Notes: generated by a model not told the origin, from the sequence alone. Shown: positions 9,141-19,249, counted from the first letter of the stretch. The stretch is 64,000 nt of DNA from Candidatus Hadarchaeota archaeon (GCA_964621445.1 CAZUNO010000002.1:13640-77639), one strand, 5' to 3'. A program made the numbers and translations.

Positions 9141-10619
9141 ATGTTCGCTGACGAAATCGAGAAGATTGAGGGACAGAATCGTATTCTGCTGATGACCTTA
9201 CCCTCAATAGTTAACGTCGGAGAGGTGATGGATCTTAGGCTGGTAATGACCGATGCCTCCGGTATGCCCCACGAGAATTTTACCGGGAAGGTTGATCTCA
9301 AGCCCTCCTCGAACGGCCTTGAGGTCCCTGAATCCGTGGAGTTCACCGAAGCTGACAATGCCATTAAATCCGTGCCTGGTGTAAGGATTACCGAGCCAGG
9401 AGTACATTTCGTAGAGGGTTATGTTGAGGGTTCTCCCAGCAAACCTCAGGTGAGCAATCCCGTAAAAGCGGAGGAGGAAGTTGACCAGAGATTATACTGG
9501 GGAGACATACATGTCCATTCCGTTCTCGGAACCTGCCATGCAGATTATTCCAAGACACCAGAGTTCGGGTATTGGTTCGCCAAGGAGGTGTCCGACCTCG
9601 ACTTCTCCGCGGTTACCGATCATCTTAGGGGGATAACCGATGAGAAATGGGAGAAGCTGAAAAAGCTAACAAGGGAGGAAACAGAACCTGGCGAGTTCGT
9701 AGTTTTCCTCGCCTTCGAGTCCTCACACTCCAAGGATCACGGTGGAGACATCAATGTCTACTACCTGGAGGACGAGGCAGATTACTTCTGGCTCGACAGG
9801 GAAGATATGAAGGGAAACAACCCCAAGGTTGGTCTCGATGTGCTCTGGGATTGGCTCGATGAACAGGGTGTCCCCTATATTTCCATACCCCATCACACGG
9901 GAAGGGCCGGCAAGTTCCGGGACTTTGAATTGCCCTATTATGATGAGGAGAACGAGACCCTGCTGGAGATATTCTCAATGTGGGGCTCCTCTGAAGGAAG
10001 GCACGACGACTTCTACCTTAAAGGCGGGAAGACCGACAGCAAGGCATATCTCAGGGATGCACTTAAGCTTGGTTACAAATACGGAGTAATAGGTTCCAGT
10101 GACACCCACTTCACCATGCCGGGCACTCCATGTTCCCAGCTACCAAGACCATATACCCATCCCCAGAACAAGATGGTTAACCAGGGATTGGCGGCGGTAT
10201 ATGCAAGCGAGCTAAACAGAAAGGCCCTATTTGATTCCATGATCAATAGGAACTGTTTCGCCACGACCTCCACCAGGCCCATCCTCAAATTCTGGGTTGA
10301 CGGCATTCCCATGGGACAAACGAAAACCGTCAGCCAAGGCCAGGTAGGAGCGAGAGATATACGAATCGAGCTTTGCACCAGTGTTCTCTCACCGCAGGTT
10401 GAGCTATTCTGCAATAACAAGGTGATAGACAGGCGAAAGGCCGGTGAAAACCACACCATAATCAACCTCCAGGACGAACGCGATCCCAGCTCGCTTTGGA
10501 TCAAGGGATCCCCAAAGAATCCGAATCCCTTCTTCTACTACTACGTGAGGGTCAATTATCACGGATGCTATGACGGCATTACAGCCTGGTCCAGTCCAAT
10601 ATGGGTTGAGGCCCATTAG
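9141..10619 (+). CDS. PHP-like / DUF3604-type metal-dependent hydrolase with an N-terminal Ig-like domain
   Basis: YWGDIHVHSVLGTCHAD...FSAVTDHLRG and GVIGSSDTHFTMPG resemble the H-x-H, DH and SD-x-H metal-ligand motifs of DUF3604/PHP proteins. Confidence 0.6.
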   Translation: MFADEIEKIEGQNRILLMTLPSIVNVGEVMDLRLVMTDASGMPHENFTGKVDLKPSSNGLEVPESVEFTEADNAIKSVPGVRITEPGVHFVEGYVEGSPSKPQVSNPVKAEEEVDQRLYWGDIHVHSVLGTCHADYSKTPEFGYWFAKEVSDLDFSAVTDHLRGITDEKWEKLKKLTREETEPGEFVVFLAFESSHSKDHGGDINVYYLEDEADYFWLDREDMKGNNPKVGLDVLWDWLDEQGVPYISIPHHTGRAGKFRDFELPYYDEENETLLEIFSMWGSSEGRHDDFYLKGGKTDSKAYLRDALKLGYKYGVIGSSDTHFTMPGTPCSQLPRPYTHPQNKMVNQGLAAVYASELNRKALFDSMINRNCFATTSTRPILKFWVDGIPMGQTKTVSQGQVGARDIRIELCTSVLSPQVELFCNNKVIDRRKAGENHTIINLQDERDPSSLWIKGSPKNPNPFFYYYVRVNYHGCYDGITAWSSPIWVEAH

Positions 10620-10625
10620 AATAGG

Positions 10626-11504
10626 TTAATGGACCTGACAACTGCATTCATCAAGCAGCCTTTCCATGGCCTTCAAAGATGATCTGATTTGGTTTGGGCT
10701 ACCCGGGAAGTCGGAGGAACCTTCTATCTCGCCCATTAAGACCCCTCCATATTGTACCTCACACAGAGCGGAGGCTAAGCCCTCCCAGTCAATGATGCCC
10801 GAGAATGGCGGAATATGGTCTCTTTCCCCGTCGTAATCATGTATATGGGTTGTTCCAAGGTGGTCACCGAGCGCCCTAACCATTTGGGAGGGAGAATTGC
10901 CAATTCTCTGGCAGTGCCCGACGTCCAGGCAGACGCAGACATGTTCTGGATCGGTTTCCTCTATGATCCTAATTAGGTCCTGGACACTTGAACCATGGCC
11001 ATCCCGCCAACCGTTTTCCAACGCAATTTTGACCCCCAAATCGGATGCCATTTTCGCTAGAGGTCGAAGAGATTCCCTACTCTTTTCACCGATCCTGGAT
11101 TCATAACCTTCCGGTATCGATTCAAGGTTCCCAATGTGGACCACCAGAAACCGAGCACCTATTCGGGAGCATACACTCAGCATTACCCCCGTTTTCTCCA
11201 CGGCGAGCATTCTCTCCCGGTCATCGGGCTCGCAGAGACAGTATTCAGGAGCATGAACTTGAACAATCCCCACATCTAAGGAGGACGCGATTTCCAAAAT
11301 CTCCTTCAGGGGAATATCCTCCTCCCGGAGACGGAGTGCATTCCTTTCAGCGAGGTAATCCTTCTTAAGCCGGCTATCGCGGGAGGACATGATGAAATTA
11401 AAAGTAGCCAGCTCCACCCTGGACACGCCCTGTCTTGAAATCAGAGGCAACGCATCCTCTAGTCTTACACGTGGACAAATGCAGGTTGAAAGCCCAACTT
11501 CCAT
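10626..11504 (-). CDS. Sugar phosphate isomerase/epimerase (xylose isomerase-like TIM barrel)
   Basis: VQVHAPEY, FLVVHIG, KIALENGW, CVCLDVGHC, THIHDYDG: the typical metal-ligand pattern of the AP_endonuc_2 family. Confidence 0.8.
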   Translation of the reverse strand: MEVGLSTCICPRVRLEDALPLISRQGVSRVELATFNFIMSSRDSRLKKDYLAERNALRLREEDIPLKEILEIASSLDVGIVQVHAPEYCLCEPDDRERMLAVEKTGVMLSVCSRIGARFLVVHIGNLESIPEGYESRIGEKSRESLRPLAKMASDLGVKIALENGWRDGHGSSVQDLIRIIEETDPEHVCVCLDVGHCQRIGNSPSQMVRALGDHLGTTHIHDYDGERDHIPPFSGIIDWEGLASALCEVQYGGVLMGEIEGSSDFPGSPNQIRSSLKAMERLLDECSCQVH

Positions 11505-11597
11505 AGCCTCACCATGATACCAAGCAAATAAAATGAGTTCCTGTCAATGATAACCAGTCCGCTACACTTTTAGGCACCCGTCAACATCCTGACATGG

Positions 11598-13019
11598 ATG
11601 GATATGAAACCCAACATAATGATCCTGGTTTCGGACACGCTGAGATGGGATGCCCTGGGCATCAATGGTGGCCCCGGATGGCTCGATGTCAAGACCCCCG
11701 AGCTTGATGAATTTGCCCGGAATTCCATTCGCTTCGACGGGGCAAGAACCTCAAGCTTCCCAACCATACCGATGAGAACGGATTGTTTCGCCGGTATCTT
11801 CAGCCATCCTCGCTACGGTTGGCAAACACTTGAACCATCCCTCATCACACTACCAGGTATATTCAAGAATGCTGGCTACAACACGCAGCTTCTTGCCGAC
11901 ACCACACACCTTCTTCGATCCAACTTCTTCAAGCCCTTTGATCACTTTGATTTCCTGCGGGGCCACGAGGGCGACGCTCCTTTAGCCCGCACCAATGAAC
12001 CAATTCCCAGAATTGTTGATGATCTCGAAAAGACCAGGGTCGAGCGCGGGAACACATCGGGCGGGCCAACCATAGGGGAAATACATGCTCATCAAAATGC
12101 CTGGTGGAGATATGAGTCGGACAGGCTTAACAGCAGATTGGCCGAGAAGACGTGTCAATGGTTGGAGGACAACTGGCGAGGGGATCCCTTCTTCCTTTGG
12201 GTGGACTTCTTCGATGTGCATGAGCCCTGGGATCCCCCTGAATACCTTTGGCGCATGTACCAACCGGACTATGATGGAACGCCAATGATACACCCAAACT
12301 ATCATAGCGCCGATGCATACCAAAAGGAGGAACTGGCCAACCTCAGGGCCCACTACGCCGGGGAGGTGACCATGGATAGCAAGAACATAGGGAAGGTGCT
12401 GCGTATGACCCGGGATATGGGGCTAATGGAAAACACCATAATAGTACTTCTATCCGATCACGGCATTTACATCGGTGAGAGAGGTAGAACCGGCAAAAGT
12501 CTCATTAAGCCCAGCATTTTCGATGCCTTTCCCCATCACACCGAGCTCGCCCATTTGGTCTGGGTCATGCGGGTGCCGGGGAAGGAACCAGGTAGCCTTG
12601 ATGAAATAGTCCAGCCCCCCGACCTGATGCCCACGGTGCTGGATCTTTGCGGGATGAAGATACCGGAACAGGTCGAGGGAAGAAGCCTGGTTCCCTTCAT
12701 GGAGGGAAATAGACCTGAGGAACGTGATGTAGCAATTTCGACATGGACGATGCCAACCCACCACTCGGACGATATGGTTTACTGCAGGCGTCCTGCGGTT
12801 ACCGATGGGGAATGGACACTAGTCCTCCAGGAACCACCTGATCCCCGCCCATCCAGGCTATACCACGTATCCGAGGACCCGAAGGAGAAGGTAGATCTAT
12901 TAGGGGAAAGACCGGAGATCGCCAAAAGCCTCCACTCAAGGATGCTGAATTGGTTGCGGGACATGGGAACGCCACCCTCAGCAATCGACAGGCTCTCTCA
13001 CATACAGGACATACCCTAG
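11598..13019 (+). CDS. Sulfatase-fold (alkaline-phosphatase superfamily) protein with Thr at the nucleophile position
   Basis: IMILVSDTLRWDALG, VLLSDHGIYIGERGRTGK and LYHVSEDPKEKVDL are sulfatase-like. The C/S-x-P-x-R site reads T-I-P-M-R (SSFPTIPMRTDCFAGIF). There is no signal peptide. Confidence 0.8.
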   Translation: MDMKPNIMILVSDTLRWDALGINGGPGWLDVKTPELDEFARNSIRFDGARTSSFPTIPMRTDCFAGIFSHPRYGWQTLEPSLITLPGIFKNAGYNTQLLADTTHLLRSNFFKPFDHFDFLRGHEGDAPLARTNEPIPRIVDDLEKTRVERGNTSGGPTIGEIHAHQNAWWRYESDRLNSRLAEKTCQWLEDNWRGDPFFLWVDFFDVHEPWDPPEYLWRMYQPDYDGTPMIHPNYHSADAYQKEELANLRAHYAGEVTMDSKNIGKVLRMTRDMGLMENTIIVLLSDHGIYIGERGRTGKSLIKPSIFDAFPHHTELAHLVWVMRVPGKEPGSLDEIVQPPDLMPTVLDLCGMKIPEQVEGRSLVPFMEGNRPEERDVAISTWTMPTHHSDDMVYCRRPAVTDGEWTLVLQEPPDPRPSRLYHVSEDPKEKVDLLGERPEIAKSLHSRMLNWLRDMGTPPSAIDRLSHIQDIP

Positions 13020-13023
13020 TTGA

Positions 13024-13416
13024 TCACCGGGAATTCCGTTTGGCTTTCTCGAAACGCCCGTGTATCTCGTTACGGATCTCCCCATCCCTGACCGCGAGTG
13101 GTCCCCTGTAACCGCACTCCTTACAGTTCCACATATCTATCAGCCCCGGAATGACAAGGGATATCTTGGTGGAGCCGCAGCGAGGGCAGAACAATATTCC
13201 CTCCTCCGCGGCCTTGGAGGTCTCCCTTCGCAGCCATTCCCTTTCGCACTTGACCGAACAGAATACGTCATCGTCCTCGATGGCCTTACCGCAGTTTACG
13301 CATCTGGCCTCTTCACCCTCACTTTCGCCCTTTTTCGAATTCATCCCCGTTCGCCCCCCGCTGGGTATGTAAAGGTGATAAATATACTTGAAAATGTGGT
13401 TAATCGCCTGACCCAA
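13024..13416 (-). CDS. Zinc-ribbon protein (hypothetical)
   Basis: CVNCGKAIEDDDVFCSVKCE and CPRCGS...WNCKECGY give two C-x2-C pairs per ribbon. The more likely start is MNSKKGES at 13344. Confidence 0.55.
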   Translation of the reverse strand: MGQAINHIFKYIYHLYIPSGGRTGMNSKKGESEGEEARCVNCGKAIEDDDVFCSVKCEREWLRRETSKAAEEGILFCPRCGSTKISLVIPGLIDMWNCKECGYRGPLAVRDGEIRNEIHGRFEKAKRNSR

Positions 13417-13448
13417 ACAGATAATGGCGGCAAAGAAAAACCCGAGAT

Positions 13449-14228
13449 ATGGACCTAAGGAAATATGGATGGATCTGGGAAGGCCAGGGACTGGACCCTG
13501 GGGTCAAACCCTCCATATTTGGCGTTGGGGAGGGCGCGGAATACTTCGGAATAGACAGGGTCTGCTACATGTTCCATCCCAACGACGAATTGGCCATGAC
13601 CAAACTCAGGGATTTCGAGGAGGTCATTTGCGACATATCAAAGTGGAAGTGGAAGCAAACCGATGATGGAGGAGCAGCCAACTGGGTCGATTCCTCACCC
13701 CAATCTGTAAGGAAGGAGGCAAGAAAGGTAGGGCATCTTTCAACCAAGTTCACTAACATATCGGGGGCTTTGCATGATGATATGAGAGGGCTCATGGAAC
13801 GGGAAGGATATCGACCGGAGGACTATCAGGATATCTACAAGGCCCTGAAGAGCGAGAATGACGAAATCAAGCTCTGGGCTGTTGTATACTCCCACGAGCT
13901 GGATGAAGATTGGGGGGACTATGAACCATTCATCGACGTGGTTAACCTCTGGGTCTGGAATGCAAGGGATATTCCAAAACTTCAGGACTACATACGAAAG
14001 GCCAAGAGGGTCTTCCCGGACAGAGAAATTGTGGTAGGCTGCTATCTCAGAAATTACCCAAAAGAAGCACCGGTGCCTATGAACATGTTAAGGAAACAAT
14101 GGAATGCTGTAGGCCGTAATCTGAAAACGGGGGAGATTGATGGATACTCCATTCTAGGAACGGTGCTTATAGATGGCCACCAGGAGCAGGCTAACTGGAT
14201 ACGCGAATTTATTTCAAGGCCCTACTAA
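13449..14228 (+). CDS. Hypothetical protein (259 aa)
   Basis: A clean ORF in a coding-dense region. I recognise no motif. Confidence 0.55.
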   Translation: MDLRKYGWIWEGQGLDPGVKPSIFGVGEGAEYFGIDRVCYMFHPNDELAMTKLRDFEEVICDISKWKWKQTDDGGAANWVDSSPQSVRKEARKVGHLSTKFTNISGALHDDMRGLMEREGYRPEDYQDIYKALKSENDEIKLWAVVYSHELDEDWGDYEPFIDVVNLWVWNARDIPKLQDYIRKAKRVFPDREIVVGCYLRNYPKEAPVPMNMLRKQWNAVGRNLKTGEIDGYSILGTVLIDGHQEQANWIREFISRPY

Positions 14229-14470
14229 CACTCGCCGTGGCAACCGACGCATATTGCAGTCTGGGTTTCCATCACGCCACTGATCTCGTGTATCCGCTCG
14301 GCGACCAATGGACCGATGTCCCCCACTTCATCAACCTCAAAATGTACCACGACGTCGAAAAGGCCCGTCACCGCACACGATGAGGTGACATTCTCTATCT
14401 CCGATACCTCGCTGGCTACCCTCAAGGATTGACCCAAGTCAGCCGTCAGGAAAATATACCCGCAAACCAT
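14225..14470 (-). CDS. Stand-alone Lrp/AsnC ligand-binding (RAM) domain protein
   Basis: 81 aa. AVTGLFDVVVHFEVDEVGDIGPLVAERIHEISGVMETQT matches the pattern 'G-x-yD-ll-v...d...l..fv...l..i.GV..t.T'. Confidence 0.6.
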   Translation of the reverse strand: MVCGYIFLTADLGQSLRVASEVSEIENVTSSCAVTGLFDVVVHFEVDEVGDIGPLVAERIHEISGVMETQTAICVGCHGEC

Positions 14471-14882
14471 GGTTTATCCCGGATCATATTATACCAAAAG
14501 GTCTTATATAGATTCTGGAAAAAAGGGGACGGTAAAAGAGACCCCAAGGCGAAACAGGTTGAGAGGTTAGACCGTAGTTGAGAATCCCCTATTTCCCCTT
14601 TCCTGTGTCCATTTTGGAAGCCGACCGCGAATTCCTTGGGGTCTCGCAATTAAGGTAATTGTTACGTAAATATAGTGATTTTGTAGAAAGCGGATGTTAC
14701 CCCAACGTTGACCCTCTGATACAAGTAACCCACAACGCCTTAGCATATCAAACGGTAAAGGCTTGAGCCCAACGATCGTTATGATAATTTTTCTTTCAGG
14801 GTGAAAGGACTTAACAATATGAGAATTAAATCCCAGAACGCCAACCGGGTATACCGGGGCAGGCAATAGAGGAGATGATCTG

Positions 14883-15629
14883 GTGGATAGAATACCTATA
14901 GGTTTACAGCTCTACACGGTGCGGGACCAATGCGAGAAGGATTTCGTTGGAACCCTTGAACAAGTGGCCGAGATCGGGTTTGAGGGAGTCGAACTCGCGG
15001 GACTATACTCTCACTCTCCAGGGGAGGTCAGGGACATGCTTACCGACCTGGACCTGGAGATAGTTGGGAACCATATGTCTGGAGAGAGAGACCTGGACAA
15101 AATAATCGACGTAAACCAGGAACTAGGGTGCGATCTGGTCTGGGGTCCTTGCATCCCGGAAGGAGGATTTCCGGAGAACGAGAAGGAATGTGAGGAAATG
15201 GTGGAGTACGCAAATGGCGTGGGCCGCGAGCTCAAGAAAGCCGGCATACAGCTTTATTACCATAACCACTCCAAGGAATTTAACCAGGTCGGGGGAAGGT
15301 ACATCATGGACTGGTTGCTTCAGGACGTGGACCCCGATAACCTAGTGGCCGAAATAGACGTTATGTGGGTACAGTACGCCGGCGTCGACCCAGCTCCCTA
15401 TATCCGCCAGTACCCCGGCCGGGTTCCCCTGACCCACATAAAGGACATGGACCAGGAGCGAGAATTCACGCCTGTCGGTCAAGGCGTTCTGGACTTCGAT
15501 CCTATATTTGATGCCTGCCAAGAGGTTGGGACTGAGTGGTACATAGTGGAACAGGACAGATGCGAGATGCCCTCCATCGAAAGCGCGAGGATAAGCTTCG
15601 ATTTCTTCAAAGAGAAGGGAATGGTATAG
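14883..15629 (+). CDS. Sugar phosphate isomerase/epimerase (xylose isomerase-like TIM barrel)
   Basis: IGLQLYTVRD...IGFEGVELAG...YYHNHSKEF...EIDVMW...THIKD. The start is GTG. Confidence 0.8.
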   Translation: MDRIPIGLQLYTVRDQCEKDFVGTLEQVAEIGFEGVELAGLYSHSPGEVRDMLTDLDLEIVGNHMSGERDLDKIIDVNQELGCDLVWGPCIPEGGFPENEKECEEMVEYANGVGRELKKAGIQLYYHNHSKEFNQVGGRYIMDWLLQDVDPDNLVAEIDVMWVQYAGVDPAPYIRQYPGRVPLTHIKDMDQEREFTPVGQGVLDFDPIFDACQEVGTEWYIVEQDRCEMPSIESARISFDFFKEKGMV

Positions 15630-15664
15630 ACCGAGGTCCGTTTGACCGATCGCGGGGGTAACAA

Positions 15665-16792
15665 TTGAATTTCCGAGAGCTCACCCTGAGAACCTTTCAG
15701 AGGAAGCATATCGATCAGATCGTTTGGCAACCAAGAATACGTTACTGGTATAACGGAAACCAGGTGGGAAAGAAAAGGGACCAGGTCGAGGGAGAACTGG
15801 ATTACCCGGAGGTACCTGACCGATACAGGGGAAAAAGCCCCCTGGAGGTATATGATCAGCTGAACGCCTCTCCCAGATATCCCCATGAGGTCCTTGATAT
15901 CGGAGTATTCCGGACAAGTATCGACCCAGCTGCAGATATTGAACAGGAAACCAAAACCAGGAATGAAACCAAAATAACCATCACCAAGACCCCAAAAGGA
16001 GATCTAAGGACGGTGCGTCATGCCGGTTACCCGACGGAATTTCCGGTCAAGACGCCTGGTGACTGTAAGATAATGGAGTACGTCATACAGAATACCAGAT
16101 TCGAATTTGATGAGAAGTCCTATAGAAAGGCGGACCAGCTCTTTGGTCCCAGAGGAGTAATTCAAAGCTTCTACCCCCGTTCCCCCTTCCAGGCCCTCAT
16201 AGTGAGGTATATGGGGGCAAAAAACACCTTCATACAGCTTCATCGAAATAGAGAGGCAGTGGAGGGCCTTATGGAAAGCCTCGACAGGTGGGCCGACGAG
16301 ATATACGATACTCTGGTCAGCTGTCCGATAAAGATACTCAACTTCGGGGAGAATATCGACGCCAACCTAGCCTCACCCAAGTTTTTCAAGCGGTATCTAG
16401 TTCCATTCTATCAGAAGAGAATTGACCAGCTTCACCGTGCTGGAAAATTCTGCCACATTCATATCGATGGTGCGATCAAACCCCTCCTGCCCTACCTTCA
16501 CCTAGTCGAGTTCGATGGCATAGAGGCCGCCACTCCCAAGCCGCAAGGAGATGTTACTCTAGAGGACCTGAAAGAGGGTTTGGGGGACAAAATACTCCTG
16601 GATGGCATACCTGCCATTCTATTCCTTCCCGTCTATAGCAAGAGCACTTTGGAGGATTTTACCTCCAAGCTCATCGAAATGTTTTCCCCCAACCTCATAT
16701 TGGGAGTGTCGGATGAGCTCCCCCCGACCGCGGATATAAGAATGGTCGAGCTTGTATCAAATATTGTCCAGGCCCTGGAAATTGAACCATAG
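15665..16792 (+). CDS. Uroporphyrinogen-decarboxylase (URO-D)-like family protein
   Basis: ILNFGENIDANLASPKFFKRYLVPFYQKRIDQLHRAGKFCHIHIDGAIKPLLPYL...FDGIEAATP is typical of the URO-D/MtaA-like barrel. The start is TTG. Confidence 0.55.
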   Translation: MNFRELTLRTFQRKHIDQIVWQPRIRYWYNGNQVGKKRDQVEGELDYPEVPDRYRGKSPLEVYDQLNASPRYPHEVLDIGVFRTSIDPAADIEQETKTRNETKITITKTPKGDLRTVRHAGYPTEFPVKTPGDCKIMEYVIQNTRFEFDEKSYRKADQLFGPRGVIQSFYPRSPFQALIVRYMGAKNTFIQLHRNREAVEGLMESLDRWADEIYDTLVSCPIKILNFGENIDANLASPKFFKRYLVPFYQKRIDQLHRAGKFCHIHIDGAIKPLLPYLHLVEFDGIEAATPKPQGDVTLEDLKEGLGDKILLDGIPAILFLPVYSKSTLEDFTSKLIEMFSPNLILGVSDELPPTADIRMVELVSNIVQALEIEP

Positions 16793-16885
16793 CAAGCATG
16801 TGGCTCTCATACAGCTCGATAGAAAAGAATCGGGGGTCGGATGCCCTTGCATAGATTTTTCTTTGAACCGAAAATACCCTAAGGG

Positions 16886-18241
16886 ATGACCATTCAATCA
16901 GAAAAGGAAGAGGAAGCCGATAGGCCTTACAAATTAGCGATTGAATTTGCAGAGATTTACGGGGGAAAGGTAGGAATCTGCCCCCGGGTCCCGGTCCACA
17001 GGCTGGAGGACTTCGCAGTTTGGTACAGCCCTGGGGTTGCCGAGGTTTCCAGAAGGATCGAGAAACAAAAGGACCTTAGTTATAGATATACGAATAGAAG
17101 TAACGCCATTGCCGTTGTAACCGACGGAACCAGAGTTCTAGGCCTGGGCGATGTCGGCGCCGAGGCTTCCCTTCCCGTGATGGAGGGAAAGTCCCTACTT
17201 TTCAAGTACCTGGGAGGCGTTGATGCCTTTCCCCTCCCGATATCCTGCACCGACCCTGATCAGTTCATATCCGTGGTTAAGAGCCTGGAGCCAGGTCTTG
17301 GAGGGATTAATCTTGAGGACATAGCACATCCGAAGTGCTTCCGGATTTTGGAAACCCTCAGGGAAGAGATGAACATCCCGGTTTGGCATGACGACCAACA
17401 GGGAACCGCCGCCGCAACCGTTGCCGGCCTTCTGAATGCCCTGGAGCTGACCGGCAGAAAAATGTCGGAGACCCGCATGACCTTCATGGGGGCGGGAGCC
17501 GCCAACCTGTCCAATGCTCGCCTGGCGATTGAGGCGGGATTTCCTCCGGAGAACTTCATTATGATAGACAGCAAGGGCATAATACACTCCCAGAGAGAGG
17601 ATATTGAACGGATGGCAGTCCAAAACCCCTGGAAGCACGATTTCGCTCTCAAGACCAACCCCGAGGGACTAAGTGGGCCTGCCCAAAAGGCGTTTGAAGG
17701 GGCCGATGTCATCATTAGTGCATCCATACCAGGTCCCAGTGTTATAGATGGAAAGTGGATAAGGAAAATGGCAGAGGACCCCATAGTATTCGCCCTGGCT
17801 AACCCCACTCCTGAGATTTGGCCCTGGGAGGCCAGGAAGGAGGGAGCCGCCGTCGTGGCCACCGGAAGAGGAGATTTTCCCAACCAGATAAACAATAGCC
17901 TCATATTCCCTTCCGTGTTCCGGGGAGTTCTTGACGTTGGAGCAAGAACCATTACCGATGAAATGGCGGTTGCCGCCTCAAGGGAACTTGCGTCATTCGC
18001 CCGGGAAAAGGGCATTTCCTCGGAGTATGTCATACCCAAGATGACGGAATGGGAGGTATACCCCAGAGTAGCCTCCGCGACGGCCCAAAAAGCCATGTCC
18101 CAGGGAATAGCGGAAAGGCCCCTTCCCGAGGAAGAGCTGGTCAGCCGATGTAGACAAACCATAGCCAGCGCCAGGGAACAGCTCCAGGCATTGATGGATC
18201 GGGAGATAATTACACCTGCCCCTGGCGGGAAGATATACTAA
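16886..18241 (+). CDS. NAD(P)-dependent malic enzyme (malate dehydrogenase, oxaloacetate-decarboxylating)
   Basis: LAIEFAEIYGGK, YSPGVAEVSRRI, VVTDGTRVLGLGDVGAEASLPVMEGKSLLFK, INLEDIAHPKCF, VWHDDQQGTAA, FMGAGAA. Confidence 0.9.
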   Translation: MTIQSEKEEEADRPYKLAIEFAEIYGGKVGICPRVPVHRLEDFAVWYSPGVAEVSRRIEKQKDLSYRYTNRSNAIAVVTDGTRVLGLGDVGAEASLPVMEGKSLLFKYLGGVDAFPLPISCTDPDQFISVVKSLEPGLGGINLEDIAHPKCFRILETLREEMNIPVWHDDQQGTAAATVAGLLNALELTGRKMSETRMTFMGAGAANLSNARLAIEAGFPPENFIMIDSKGIIHSQREDIERMAVQNPWKHDFALKTNPEGLSGPAQKAFEGADVIISASIPGPSVIDGKWIRKMAEDPIVFALANPTPEIWPWEARKEGAAVVATGRGDFPNQINNSLIFPSVFRGVLDVGARTITDEMAVAASRELASFAREKGISSEYVIPKMTEWEVYPRVASATAQKAMSQGIAERPLPEEELVSRCRQTIASAREQLQALMDREIITPAPGGKIY

Positions 18242-18252
18242 ATCCAAATTCG

Positions 18253-19140
18253 CTATGAAAAGAAACCGGTGATGAGTTCCCGAGGGGTGCCTTCGTAGGA
18301 TGCCTCGGCCAGGAACTCGGTGCCTTTCTGGTTACCCCAGCTGTAGTTGATTACCGTCTCCCCCTCATGCTCACAAAAGTCCACGTCAGAGTTATTGATG
18401 TTAACCGCGTTCTCTATCTTCTCCCTCAACCCAGATGATAGAGAGGAATTTGCTATCCTCTTATCACCGGGTGAAGGTGATAGAAACGGGCCAAGGGAGC
18501 TCTCCTCCCAGCTGCTGAGATCCCTGGATCGAATGACGTGAGGCTCATATCTTGGACCTGGTTTTGACTCAAGGTATACCATGTAATAATTTTCATCAAA
18601 GAAGCGCAAGGCCGGGCAGGCAGTATACTTTTCTCTCGAAAACACATGATTAAATGGCATCATCTCCCATTCGCGGAGATTCTGTGACTGGGCAAAGAAG
18701 ATGGTGAATCTCGATCCCACCAATTCTGCCGGCCCTCCCAGCTCCAAAGCCATCACATACCTATTCCCTGACTTGCATACCGATGTATTATAGACCTCCT
18801 TATCCCCCAGCTCGAGAGCCGTGACCGAATCCCATTTCGATAGATCCCTGCTCCAAAACACCCGGATCTCCGAACCGCCGGGCTCATTTGTGCCATAGGC
18901 AAACAGCATCGGTCCTTCCACAAATGCGCAGCCAAAATGATAGCCGGGCGCAAATCGTGTCAAGACCTCTCCCGAAGCTGGATCAAGGAATCGGAAATAT
19001 GATCGTCCGGTGTGGTTTCCGTAATAATTCTCCCTGACGTATTCAAATCGAATTAGACGCTCCTTGTACACCACGGGCGTGGTCTCCACCATATCGCAGT
19101 CTATGGTACCCTTCTTGACGATTTCTGGCTTCAAGCCCAT
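18253..19140 (-). CDS. Hypothetical protein, possibly a beta-propeller glycoside-hydrolase-like protein
   Basis: Repeated beta-strand-rich segments (FGCAFVEGPMLFAYG, RVFWSRDLSKWDS, YVMALELGG, IFFAQSQNLREWE, YYMVYLES, HVIRSRDLSSWEE) suggest a 5-bladed propeller of the GH32/43/130 kind. The family is not resolved. Confidence 0.5.
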   Translation of the reverse strand: MGLKPEIVKKGTIDCDMVETTPVVYKERLIRFEYVRENYYGNHTGRSYFRFLDPASGEVLTRFAPGYHFGCAFVEGPMLFAYGTNEPGGSEIRVFWSRDLSKWDSVTALELGDKEVYNTSVCKSGNRYVMALELGGPAELVGSRFTIFFAQSQNLREWEMMPFNHVFSREKYTACPALRFFDENYYMVYLESKPGPRYEPHVIRSRDLSSWEESSLGPFLSPSPGDKRIANSSLSSGLREKIENAVNINNSDVDFCEHEGETVINYSWGNQKGTEFLAEASYEGTPRELITGFFS

Positions 19141-19249
19141 GCATCAACTTCTGGAAATTAACTAATAAAGCCATTGCTTCTCAAAAAGGCAAGCCAAATC
19201 ATTATTCAGCGTTGATCTGGTTTCAAAGCTACTCAAGGAGGACACGGAA

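Noticed and set aside
17260-18162. 300-aa minus-strand ORF inside the malic enzyme gene
   Set aside because: The plus-strand product is an unambiguous malic enzyme. The antisense ORF is low-complexity (S/A/R/P-rich) and is a frame shadow. The same reasoning applies to 22373..22906, 51412..51957, 51985..52671, 53862..54512, 50692..51154 and the many short ORFs inside ileS.
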